A stretch of 63,873 bases of DNA, the filler included, from Polymyxa betae A26-41 (Eukaryota > Protista > Endomyxa: Phytomyxea), in assembly GCA_003693705.1 (NCBI GenBank). It is 5 parts of 5 records of this genome, joined end to end, with 100 filler letters (N's around TTAATTAATTAA, not from the genome) between each part and the next. Parts side by side here need not be neighbours in the genome. Positions count along the whole stretch, not along the records: positions 1 to 14,143 come from RBZT01000815.1; 4 more parts are not named here. One strand, given 5' to 3'. The position numbers and the translations under genes were made by a program. A model generated the notes under the pieces. That model did not search any database, was not told the origin of the DNA, and was given only the letters and a program-made list of their open reading frames with translations. Shown piece after piece: positions 1 through 11,697 of the stretch (position 1 is the first letter of the stretch; each line of letters opens with the position of its first letter).

Positions 1-415
1 ATGAACGCGAAAGTCGAAGACAATGGCAGAATGTGTTCTGCCAAACGCTGACCGCAGGAAGAATTTATTGACTAAACGCTGAATGTTGCTGAACTTTTCG
101 TTTACCGTCAATCCAGGTTTTGGTGAGCATTGAAGATAGAATAGAGAGATATGCAACGCACTTTTCCGTTGCAGCTCACAGTGGCGCACAAAACATCCGA
201 TATGGCGGGGCATTTAAATGTTTGGAGCATGATTGGTGCTCTTTGGTGGCCGGCCTCCAGTGGTATGCAATAGTGTCTACCACTGGGGCGCCAGTCAGCA
301 TTCCCCACAGCCGCGGCTACCTTCTGCTGTACCCTCTGCGGACCATGTACGGCCTACCATGCCCGCCATCCCACCGTATGTTTCGCCATTCTGTAATCTG
401 ATCGATTGCTGAATC

Positions 416-1384
416 ATGTCTGTGCCATGGCCGACCGATTCCCCATCATCGTTCGACTTTGTCAAGCCCTACCTGCATTGTCTGATGAGGAGTGAGTATG
501 CCAAGGGGGCCGTGAAGCAGCCGACAGGCAAAGATATTAAGGTTAAGCTACCGATGTTGGCGAAAGTATTGGCCCGGGATATTAATAATCAGGCCAATAT
601 ATTTTGAAGAGGATGTAAGTACTGTTTGCTTCCAGCCTTCCGGATAATAATTCTTTATTTTAGTGAAAGGCGATAGTGACTCCATCGCTGACTCAAATCA
701 GTCTTCCTTCGATTCTTATCCTGCTGATATAAAAACAATGTTCGGCGGTGATGATGTAACGCGGCCTGACAAAAAACCCAGAATTCCGTCTACGCCGATC
801 ATATTCGGCAAAAACGCCCATCCTCATCACCACCCTGCCCTTCGAAGAACATGACCCCAACACAATCCAAAGTCGAAGCGATCCATTCGGCTGTCGAAGC
901 TGATACCAATTCTGAAAATCGCTTGCAAATGCACCACATTACGCACTATCTGGACCATCAAACCTTGAAACATCACACTATCGTTATACTTACATTGTTT
1001 CCAGGAACTGATATTACGCAGGAAATATCGAAAGACGGTCTTGAAATTCTGTTTCATATCCGCAGCCCCAACAGACTGACGGCGAAAATGTTCGCTAATA
1101 AGAAAAAGTACGATCATGAAGATTATGACGTCGACGATGACGATCAAAGACAATGTCTAATGTCCTATTTCAAAGCCTATACCCCACTGGAGTACGTCTA
1201 TAAAGTGGAGTTGCCACTCCCTGTTATAACTCACCCAGACTGCATTGAGAACTGGTGGGTCAACAACAATGACGCCGAGTCTCTGGTCCTTGATTTCATC
1301 CAGCAGTGTGACGATGATTACCGCTTCGAGATACAGTCAAGTTACACACCTAAAAACATTTTTTCCTCTAGGCAGAGCGCCTAG
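416..1384 (+). pseudogene. Degenerate spliced gene of unknown function; C-terminal ORF 851-1384 weakly alpha-crystallin/Hsp20-like
   Basis: ORFs 416-607, 663-854 and 851-1384 are colinear. A GTAAGT...TTTAG intron at ~617-663 joins the first two in frame but past a TGA at 605-607. The last ORF has an Hsp20-like beta pattern (IVILTLFPG..EISKDGLEILFHI..YKVELPLPV). Confidence 0.3.
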
Positions 1385-1555
1385 TCTCAAATTTTAATAA
1401 ATTTTTTGGGAGAGCCGTACCCGCCAAACAATGCATAGGTGCGGCTCTCCCAGCATTTTCATACATATCGAGTTTTTATCACGTAGTGTCACTGTTACCG
1501 CATCTTCCTGTGTAGGAGGGTCGTAATCAATATTGGAGAAAGAGGTGACACTGCT

Positions 1556-2627
1556 CGGTTCCATCTTTTCTCCACGCATGGAGACAGGGCTGCGCCTCCA
1601 CGCGTGGAGAATAGGTTGCGCATCGACGCAAAATTGTATGAGGGATCCTTAACTTAGTGTAGAGAGAGGTAGAGGGACTTCGTGGTTCCTGATGTCATAG
1701 ATTACTAGATTTCTTCCTACGTCCAAGCAACGGTTGCACGCCGGATGTCACTCCATCTGCTCTATCATCACAGCAGCAGGCAATCGCAGCCGCGTGTTCA
1801 TCAACGTCAAAGCAGAATCCGAGTTCTGACGAGTGTTTACAGAAGTCGGACGCAGAAGTTTTACAACTGTTATCGTCGCCGCTAAAATCATTCTCCCAAC
1901 TAACTTCTCTGCCTGTTTCGCCTTTAAATCCCCGAAAGATAATGCAAATCCTCCAGGACTGTGCATTAGCGTTGATAACGAGCCGTCACAAATGGATACC
2001 AGATACTTGTCAGTCTTCATGGCGATACCCCCAGCGTCGTTTAAATTGGCAAATACCGATCCTGCTGTTGACCGTGGACCGCTTGGATTCGAGCCTTCAA
2101 GTGATTCCAGGCTGAGCCTTCCACTACATCCGCCTGTTAAGCGAGGAAGGTCTTCTACTGCTGACGATATTAACAGGTATTTACATCAACGGATCCCATG
2201 ATACTGTGTCCTAAATTCGCAATTCAGATCTGCATTAAAGAAACGCGCTCTGGGAAAATGCAAGACGTGTATCAAGAACGGCGTGACGTCATCTGACAAT
2301 CATAGAGCGGGAAGCTCCAAATGCCCTTACATTCTTCCACAAGATAGATCGCGATCGGCAATCCAGTGATATGTATTTTTTTTTCAATACACACAGAGTT
2401 TATTTCCTGATTCTAACAAAGTTTGGAAAATACGATCGACAGAGTGATATCTGGCGTGATCCCGTTGCTTAGACAAGGAAGGAATCTAGCAATACGTCAC
2501 CAAGTCCCCACCTCTGTACCAATACACTAAGTTGGGGATTCTCATACAATTTTGCGTGGATGCGCAGCCTATTCTCCACGCGTGGAGGCGCAGCCCAGTC
2601 CCAACGGGTGGAGAAAAGATGGAACCG
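1556..2627. mobile_element. Non-autonomous Mutator-like (MULE) TIR element
   Basis: ~170-bp imperfect terminal inverted repeats (1556-1733 vs 2462-2627, starting CGGTTCCATCTTTTCTCCAC). Flanked by a degenerate 9-bp direct repeat GACACTGCT (1547-1555) / GACGCTGTT (2628-2636). Confidence 0.7.
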
Positions 2628-3087
2628 GACGCTGTTACGAACGGATATTATTCTATAGATTCTCTACAACCTCAATGACATGGAGGCGCGGCCCATGTCT
2701 GTCAGATGAGATTATTATGGGGCTCTTTGATTATCATATCGATCATTAACAATACAAACTTGTAACCTGCCATTGCCTCATCACCCTTAGACTAGCAAGC
2801 TAGGAGGGTTAGCATTGCGTCTGATGCTCAGACCCGTTCTATCACATGGTCCCTACTCCTTCGAGAAAGAGAGAGTCGTTCGGGATAGCAGAGAAACAGC
2901 TGGTTTTCCGACTCCAGAAAATACCATGATAACATTACAGAGAAAAAAAACAAGAATCATAGAGCTGGTTTCTGAAAGATTGGGTTATCAGGCCTGCCGC
3001 TCGACTACTTCGGGCATTGTATGAGAGCTTAAGATGTACGAGAATCATGCATATTCATATGATTTGAAACGATTGTGAGAGAACGGA

Positions 3088-5285
3088 CGTTAACAAAGAC
3101 AAATCGAAGCGCATCGAAAATTTGATAAGCAGTTTTCGGGATAACCTCATAAGAACTGCCAGAAAACCTTCATTAAGTTTGTACAGCTTAAAGGTCCCCA
3201 CTTTTGTTATAGAGAGGAAGGACTGTATGGTGTCGTACATTATGATAGATGGTTGTCTCAAATTCCAGATAGATAGGAAACGAGAGTCCATCAAAGTCAG
3301 ACCTTAATCTCTGACATTGATCGGAGTCGTTAAAACCCTAACACGACTGGTGCCCTGTGCCCAATGGCGGCAAAAACTGCTTGATGGGCCGACCCGTCCG
3401 ACCGGCCTTGGACAGGATCTGGGGGAATCCAATTCTACGTCATTATATATCAATTGCGCTCTTCGTACAAACTCTCGTTCTAATTTCCATCACCATGCAC
3501 GTTCATGTAGTCTTGATCGCCGCGGCCGTACTGGTCCTGGGGGCAACCGCCGCCTCGTCCGACCCGGAATCTGATCTCGTTCATCTCCCGGATCAGGAAT
3601 TTCACGTGGACAGCGGCCAGGTCGTACAGGCCCTGTTCGAATCGCCCAGTACCCGGATCCAGGAGATCCCCCAGTTGGTCCGTATTCTTGCTGACCGAGT
3701 CCAGTACGATTCCAAGACTCGCGATGATCTGAAGAATGTCTCTCCTCAGCTGGTCATGGGCGTGTATCAGTTTATAATGTGGGATGAGATATTGAGCAAT
3801 GAGCAGAAGGTTCAGCTACTGCGCTCTATGATCTTAGATCTGGGCCTGACCTTGATGAATGATGTGCACGAGTTCCTATTTTGTATCAGCAATGGTAATC
3901 CCTTACCCGGACTTCCTGTCCTTGGCATACCCGTTCCACAAGATCTTTCAGAACAAGTTCTTGATGTGATCGAGGAGAAAGTCGAAGAGAGCTTGCGTTG
4001 GCATCAACGAGGGCGCCAAGGCCAAATCCTCGCTCAAATGCGAGCAAGGAAACCGGTTCTTTTCAAAAATCCTGGTCACCATGATCTCGAGAACAAATTT
4101 TCGCCCATTCTATCCGTTCCCGTTCCGTTATGTGCTCAACGATAGATATGGTGTCGCCTCTCGTGTTCTGACCTCGTTTTTCAAAGAATCTCATCCTCTT
4201 GCTGAGTGGAAGAACTTACTGGCTCTGCGTCAGCTCGGGATCATGTTCAATCTCGATATCTATCTTCAATGTGTCCAGATTCCGCTCGAATCCATTCCGG
4301 ATATCGTTCCTCTGCTAAATCTCGGAAGTTTTCCGGACTTTTTGCAATTATTATCGGAGCTGGACATGGCCAGCAACACCAATACATATCAACAAACCCA
4401 TCATGTTGGACGAACTGCTCCGGACCAGGTTCTGCAATGGCTGCGGATCCCGTTTATTCAGCGACAAATCCTCACCAAGCCAGAAACGTTCATTGAATTC
4501 GCCGGCGACATGATGGTATCTGATAACACGGAGTTTTTCCGGGGTCTGGCCCAACTTCAGTTCATGCCCGAGATCATCTATGAATCCTGTTCATACAATG
4601 GCTTTCGTCAGACGGTGCTGAGGAAAGCCGTTTTCCATCAACGGTTCGATTTAGCGCAGATTCTGATGGGAATTCCGAATGCGTCTGTGTTCGTGAAGTT
4701 CGAGCGCACGAATTCCGTCTTCGATCTCATTCTTTGTGATACAATTGGCAGTTCTGAGAATGCGGCTAATGAGTTTTTAAAGTGCTCGGAATTACACAAA
4801 CTGATGCTCTCGAACATCCCAGAACTGAAACAATCTCTTAAATCTCTTATCGATGATCGAGATGTGAAACATATCCGTTCTCTGGTTCAACATCCTCTCT
4901 ATTGGAAGATCCCAGAAGATGTTAAACCTGAACTCATTCAATATTCAAATATTCATTGTCATGACATTTATGATATATTATGCTCTGCCAAAGAGCCAGC
5001 TCAAACAGTTTCACATTATAACTGAAACGTTTCAAGATTGTTTTCAATAAAATCCTTCATCTCAGCTTTGTGTATTGCTTTGTTTGATCTCCCTTTCTAG
5101 ACGACTGCTTCTCACAACTGTGCGCGTTTACAGGCTCGAAATTTTAAGTTATCGTTTGCTCAAAAATCAGATTCAAAACTCAATTGGCCTTTTCTGTCTC
5201 CCAATTGAGATTTCTATATTTACACTATATTTTCACATTTTCGCCGGCGCCACATTGTGGTTGATAGAGCTCTGTAACAACGTAG
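3088..5285 (+). repeat. Segmental duplication, copy 1 (copy 2 = ~7541-7903 plus 11904-13852)
   Basis: Continuous nucleotide similarity across upstream region, CDS and 3' flank. Copy 2 is split by the 4-kb insertion at 7904-11903. Confidence 0.9.
3495..5025 (+). CDS. Putative secreted effector-like protein, paralog with F-box deleted; one frameshift at ~4098-4101
   Basis: Signal peptide MHVHVVLIAAAVLVLGATAASS. ORFs 3357-4145 and 4081-5025 join if one T is removed from AAATTTTCGCCC, giving KFRPFYP as in the paralog. Confidence 0.65.
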
Positions 5286-5469
5286 GGTTTAGGAACCCAA
5301 CATCCATGATCAGAAGTTTTTACAATAAAATCATGGTGTTACATGGATGGCTATGGCTTAAAAACGTTCAGCAGCTGTCTGTAAAGCAGGTAGAATATGC
5401 CGTGACAGAATATTGGATTGGATTGTTCTAGTTATTGTGCCTTTCGGCAAGGAGGGCGTCACGTTAACT

Positions 5470-6291
5470 CTAGTTCAGGAAACAGACCCGAAGGTCCGTG
5501 GCTCTCCTACTAATAAAAATTCGGAGGCCTACACCTTTGAGAGGAAAAGGCGAATTTCAGCCCAACAGAGGGCTTAGAAACCTATCAATGAAGGGCAGCG
5601 ACCTGTTGGCCCAACTCTACAGGGAATTGAACCCTATACCCAAACATTGACTCGATCTCATGCTGGTCTCCACGGATATTCTCGAACACAGAGTAGAGAT
5701 GGTAATACAGACTATCAGATCTACTTTGATAGCCCTCTATTAAAAGAGTAAGAACAGGACACACTCGAGATCGATCATATTTACACAATCTAAATATAGA
5801 GCCCAGCGATGAATGTCGACACTGCAATAAACAGAGTGAGACTATAGAACATCAACTCCTGAAATGTAAACAATTTAAAAGCAACTGAAAAAATATCGAA
5901 AGGAATACGAACAAAATAACATTACTGACTTAAACGACGCACTGTATACACACGCCAAATTCATGACAAAATTTCTAGCAAAAGTATGAGCTGTTACCTT
6001 TAGCGACGCATGGTGAAAGCTGGGAAACCAGTAGGGGAATATTAGATAAGGAGTTGGATTGGGCTGGTGTCTATCTTACCTTATCGAGGCTCTCTTTGGT
6101 CCTGCTGATAGGGCCGTTTACGATCAACAATTATTCAAACGGGTGAATTACTGCAACGCCCCGAAATCGGTAGAAGGGGTTCTGGAATCTATTTGGGCAA
6201 TTTGCCTAAATTTTCCAACCAATGTTTTTTGGAAAGAGCGCCGCCTGTTGACCATAAATCAGCGAACTAGTCGAATCCAATCCAATCCAAC
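5470..6291 (+). mobile_element. 5'-truncated non-LTR retrotransposon (LINE) 3' fragment with (AATCC)n tail
   Basis: Translates RVRTGHTRDRSYLHNL..CRHCNKQSETIEHQLLKC and LNDALYTHAKFM, homologous to 57310-57528. Its 3' UTR aligns with the copies at 50165-50450 and 56914-57215. Confidence 0.8.
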
Positions 6292-6429
6292 GATGCTTTC
6301 GAGATCATATAATAAACTAGGGTTTAGGAACCCAACATCTATGATCAGAAATTTTTACAAGAAAATCATGGCGTTACATGGATGGCTATCGCCTGAAAAC
6401 GTTTAGGAGGTAGAATAAGCCGTGAGAAA

Positions 6430-7240
6430 ATACAAACGCCACAGAGCTGTCCAAGATTCAATCTGGAATGAACTGATAAAAATACACAGAAATTGTGCAG
6501 TTGAAAAGCAAAAAGTGCGTACGGAATTTTTGATCCAAATTGCGAGTGATGAAAATAAGTCAAGATGTCCTGTTCAAAGCCTCGAATCCGAAATAAGAAA
6601 TTGTCTGCGAGTAGTGCGAGTAACGACATTACAGCGAGAATGCGTCGAAATCTTGGTCAATGGAATCATTTGATCATCGGATAGCTATGGAGCAATCAAC
6701 ATATATGCAGCGAGTTCAAAGAGCGAAACGCAAAACTGCGGCTGTAGTTTGATAAAAGTGCGTCACTGCATTCAACAGTTTTGGCGATCGCAGTAGTTTT
6801 CGAATTCCGTTGTACGAGAGCCGCCGGTGAAAGAAGATCCGCATATGCTGCGAGAAAGGGTTTACTTAGAACCTGAAAGTGGACATCAACACACAGCTCA
6901 TATTGGTCAGACCAGAGGTTCCTAATTGAGTGGTGGATTTCGAACACAAGATTGTAAACTTCGCGCGGAAAGTCCGCATTTGCAACGGGTGCTGTATACG
7001 GAGTTTTGAAAATTGCCGCGGCTGGAAATCTAGCAGAATTCGTCATCAAACCCGCAATCTGCGGTGCTCAAAGTTAGTTATAGTCCGGTTCGTCTGCGAC
7101 TTCCGGACTAGGTGGGGAGTGAAGCGTATCTGGCCTAGTCCAGTACGACCACGGATAACTCCTTCCAAAGTGATGGTGAATGGTACCAATGAGTTACTCT
7201 TGATGGCAATATCTCGCCACCTTCCCTAACAACATCTTCA
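6430..7240 (+). mobile_element. LTR retrotransposon 3' remnant: polypurine tract plus short LTR (7120-7240)
   Basis: AGGTGGGGAG immediately followed by TGAAG...CTTCA (7120-7240). The same GACTAGG..GGAG|TGA.GCGTATCT and GTCCAGTACGACC motifs occur at 52426-52350 (-). The upstream boundary is uncertain. Confidence 0.5.
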
Positions 7241-8210
7241 TAAAAGAAACGATTTTACAATGCCGTAATGGACGTGCGACTCCGAATTGGTCGTTGCAGT
7301 TGTACTTGCGCAAAACCCCTATCTGCCCCTGCTAAGTACATTACACAGCACTGCCCCGTTTTGCTTCTGCTGATGAAGGTTGGGAGATCGCGACCTTATT
7401 TGATGGTCCGAGCTCTCTGTAAGATCAGGCTTCTCAAGATATCTTGAAGATCGATGTCTTATCATTAGGCTCTTTGCTAATTAAACTCCTCCTTGTTAAT
7501 AATCTGACTTCATCTATACCAAGCACCTTTGATTGAACTGAAGTTAACAACGGCAATTTGAAGCGCATCGAAACTTTGTTCAGCACTTTTCGGGATAACC
7601 CCATAAGGGCTGCCAGAAAAACTTCATGAAGTTTGTACAGCTTGAGAAAACTCCGCCACTTTCGTTATAGAGAGGAAGCACTGTCAATGGTGTCGAATAT
7701 TTTAATGTATAACTGTCTCAAATTCCAGAAAGATCAGAAAACTGAGTCAATCAAAGTCTATGATTAATCAGCGAGATTGATCGACCGGAAGGAGTCCTTA
7801 AAACCCTAATAAGACTGGTGGCCCTGTGCCCAATAGCGGCGCGTGATGGACCGACCCGTCCGACCGGCCTTGGACAGGATCTGGGGGAATCCAATTCTAC
7901 GTCATTATTGCTCAAAAACCGAACCCAGTGACAGGCTGCGCAAGTTTTTGTGGCGACTGGCTGAAGGCAGCCAGTCGCCCTTCTATTGACTGTAAGGGTA
8001 GTCCCGGTAGTCCCGGTAGTCCCGGGATGTCCTGCTGTCTGTGCCATTAATCCTGTTCTCACAAAAAACTTTTTATTGTCGTTGTTGGCTTAGTTTGGAG
8101 CCTGGCGGGCGATGCGTCCAGAGCGGCGTGGATTAGGGACGGCGGCTGGAGACAGCTGGCTTGAAGGCGTCGGCATCACGTTGCATGCTGTCGGAGCTGG
8201 GCCTTGAACT

Positions 8211-8573
8211 TCAGCTGGCTCTTCGCCATGTAACTCGGCCAACTGGCCTGGCCTGGAGGGGTTCAATTTGGTTCTGCCCGAACTCGTTCGGTTCCTGGCT
8301 CAGGACCACGGCATCTGCCACCGGCGGATGGTCCTCATCAGGTGCATCCAACCCGCAGGAGCAGTGGCATTTGTAAAATTCCAGCTGATTTTCCAATTGT
8401 CGAATACGTTCTTTTAAAACGATAACTGCCGAGGCATCCTGCTTAGCCTTTTGCCGTGCTCGTGCGGCCTTGGCCCGGAATCGCTCTTGCGCCTTGAGAT
8501 GTTTCTCCGCGAGCAACCGAAGCCGTTCGAGCTCGACGTCATCGGCGCTGGTTGGAATCGCTTGTCGCGGCAT
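8211..8573 (-). CDS. Small basic coiled-coil (bZIP-like) protein inside the YR element
   Basis: Intact 120-aa ORF with ATG. Basic segment KHLKAQERFRAKAARARQK, then heptads VIVLKERIRQLENQLEFYK and CHCSC. Confidence 0.55.
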   Translation of the reverse strand: MPRQAIPTSADDVELERLRLLAEKHLKAQERFRAKAARARQKAKQDASAVIVLKERIRQLENQLEFYKCHCSCGLDAPDEDHPPVADAVVLSQEPNEFGQNQIEPLQARPVGRVTWRRAS

Positions 8574-8879
8574 GCCTGATCGCTCTATGCTGTTTTGTCG
8601 CTCCGTGACAATAAAATGGTGCGTCTATCGATGATGCACTCTTTTGTCTATCCATGTCTACAAATTCTTGGGTTTTGTATTGGTTTTATCCACAGCATAG
8701 TTTTTATATAAATCATCAAAGCCAAACGTATCGTATTCAGAAAATCAGGATTATCTTCAGGTAGAGAATCCTAATTTCTGCATTTCACATGTCAAGAAAG
8801 ATTCAGTTTTCAAACAGTGATTCGTTTCTCGCAGTTGGCAGTCGTGTTATCTTGAAACTCTTCACACTCTGGGAGATTA

Positions 8880-11697
8880 TTAAGCTGCTGGACCGCTTTC
8901 AGAAAGGTAGAAGGTCGATTCAGTTTTTTTTTTCTTTTTGCTAGCTGGATTTCCGGCCGCTCGGAGTTTCAGCCAGGATATTGCGGCATCCGAACCTTGA
9001 ACAGCTAGCCGTCCGACGTCTTTCCGCCAGGCGGAACGTTCCCAGACGTTGTCAGGCAAACGGCATATAGTGGTGTTAGGGAGAAATCGGCAAACAAAGC
9101 GAGTAATTGTCTTGATCTCGGAACGAATACGTTTGCTTTTCTTACATTGATGAACAAATGCACCATCACGAAGACCGCTTTCGTGGTCGAACCATGGTGA
9201 GATTAACTCGTGGATTTCTTTGCCGTCGAGTGACAAGAAACGTTGTGGAAACTCAAGCGGATTCTGCTGGCCAGATCGTTTTTCTCCAGATGTAACGACT
9301 GCTGAAATCGGATCTTCGATTGAGACAATGGCACCTCCGGAATTTTGCGACCATTCCAGAGCACCGCTTTCCGAAAGGTTACGATCTTCAATTCGCGAAT
9401 TTTGTAGCGATCGTCCGACGTCGCTCTAATGGTGCCAAATCAATAATCGTGCTCTTAAATTTATTTGAATCAGCTATTGGGAATAAAAAAATTCACAAAC
9501 AAACAATATCACAAAGTTTAGAAAATTTCAAAACCTTTCAAAATCTTAATCCTACTCATAAACCAGCCATAACACCATCAAAAAAATATCCTAAAATCAG
9601 ATACTAGACGGACATGTCCGGGAGCGGAAAGTGTGGACGATGTAGGGAATGCACAGCGCAGAACGTCCATAATCTCCTGATGTCGCCGCTCAGCATCCAG
9701 TTGGATTTGCGTTTTTAGATCAAGATTCCGAAAACGCTTTGTCTCCGCCTGAAACTGCTCTGCCTCAGAACGATTTCGTTCTTGGCGCCTCTCCCCGACC
9801 AAAATTTTGTCATTGAGTGTCCTGAATTCTGATCGAAGGCGTAAAACCTCAGACAGTCGAATCTGTATGTTGCTGCAAGTGGGCCAGACTTCTTCCCATA
9901 GTTGAAGTAAAGCGAAAACCGCATTCGGATAACTTTCTTTCGGAAACCGTTTCAACCTGAATCATAATCGCACGGGTCAGCACTCGCTCTTTGATGATTG
10001 CAAATTCATCCGGATCTATCATTGACTCGACCAGAGCCCGACGGAAATTGACGACCAGCATATGAGAATCTCCAAGTTCTGACACCATATCGTCGAACGC
10101 GATGATAGCTGCAGCGGTCATGCATTCAGCGAAAATGGGGTGGAGACGATCGATATTCGAATGGAATATGGCCGACACCAATGCATAGGCTTTGTGTTCA
10201 GGATCATCAGCGGCCAGAGTGCTGCGCGGAGCCAGTCGTGGACAGGCTCCTCCAGTGTCGACAGTTCCGGACCTGAGCGGAACCCGCGCCATTTTATGCA
10301 AAGCAGCGAGGTCCCACTTTACATCGTAATTTCTCTGGGCTCCGGTTTGTTGCGGATCTTGATTTTCCCACCCATTGTACAAGGCATTTGCCTGGCGAGG
10401 GTGATTGAGAACCTCCAAAAACATGATGCTTCTCAGCGAATGGGCTGTGATGTCTGAATTCACATGCGTCCCGTTGTCTTTCATAGCGTAGAGTAGCTCT
10501 TGAAGATGTCGGTTCAGATACTGTGACGGCTTCTCGCTTGTCGCGGCTTTTGGAAAAAGGAACGAGCTGCTCTGAAAAATTTTCAGTATGCAGAAAAATT
10601 TATAAAAAACACAAACCTCGGACTTGGATGTTAACGGACCGCAAAATGATAGATGGCGGAAGTACAGATGAAGCGGATCCATAATCCAGTCGTTGATGTT
10701 GTATGCCATTGGGAGAATGTCCGTATGGGTCGAGGTCTTTTTCTCCAAAACATAACGTAAATGAGACCTGATTACATCTTATCGATATCAAGGCGCCAGC
10801 ACAAACTTTTTTCGAGTCGCGAAACCATACCTGAAGCCCGGTCGATAACGGGAGAGCGCGGCTTGATAGTGTCGGCGCAAATGTGGCTGGCGCGCCCTCC
10901 TTTAATTGCTTGAAGTCCAAAGAGCGATGAGCTCTCGATCTTCCCAAGGCGGATCGCAGTGAGAACGATTTGGCGAGCTTCTTCAAACGAGGACGGAGGC
11001 GCATTATTGGTCAGGGGCAGACCCTTCTCCTGGCGACGCTGGCTATTCAGTTTAGCTGCCTTGCTAACGCAGGTCGAAAAGAAGTCGCCTAGCAGAGACT
11101 GAAGTTGAGACGACTGAGCTGCAAAATTCTCCAGAAAGAACGTTTTAATCGATGACAAAAATGCTTTTAGAGCTATAGAGAACAGCTGAAAGGAATCTAA
11201 GTTTTGGAGACTCAAAACATTCTGGAGGTTTTCAAATGTTGTTCATTAATGAGCCAATACATGAACCGTCCCAAGAGCTGTACACCGTCTTCGCATTTCA
11301 AGTGTTCTATCCTTATATCATCGAAACTAGAGATTGTTTCCCGGAAACTGAATTTTGAATGGTTAGAATGGTTTCAAATTAGGGTTTAGGGTTTGCAAAT
11401 GTCAAACCTGCTTGACAGAAGGAATGCATTGAAATGAGTGCGTGCTGTATGCAGCTGAGCAGTGGACGACAATTTTTTTCAACAAATGAATTGACAGTAA
11501 GACGTTTTCGTTGGCACCATCTTCTTGACCTTCCTGAGGCTCCCGCTGCAAAAATTTCAACATCCTGAGAAAGGCTGGTATATGCTGATTACCGCTCGCT
11601 TTGAACGGGCCGACCGCCGCTGCATTCGGATCGCAGATTTGACAAGCAAGACCAGCGACCTCGGGCAGGAATGAGCAGGACAAAATGGCAATGGCAT
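8880..11697 (-). pseudogene. Spliced tyrosine recombinase gene (Crypton-type), disrupted
   Basis: Catalytic order R (GGRASH, ~10895), K (..KKT, ~10740), HxxR (TAHSLR, 10442-10431), W (NGW), Y (QRNY, ~10327). GT-AG intron at ~11407-11350. Coiled coil (9578-9955) and C-terminal helical ORF (8880-9236). In-frame TAA at 10772-10774 and homopolymer frameshifts. Confidence 0.75.

Noticed and set aside
4060-4110. Programmed frameshift shared by the two F-box paralogs
   Set aside because: The shifts are at different positions and of opposite sign (+1 T at ~4100; -1 T at ~12595), both in T runs, so sequencing error or decay is more likely.
10772-10774. Stop-codon reassignment suggested by in-frame TAA/TGA in several ORFs
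   Set aside because: Conserved genes (ABCA, GCN2, PNG1) read with the standard code and end in TAA; in-frame stops are confined to TEs and pseudogenes.
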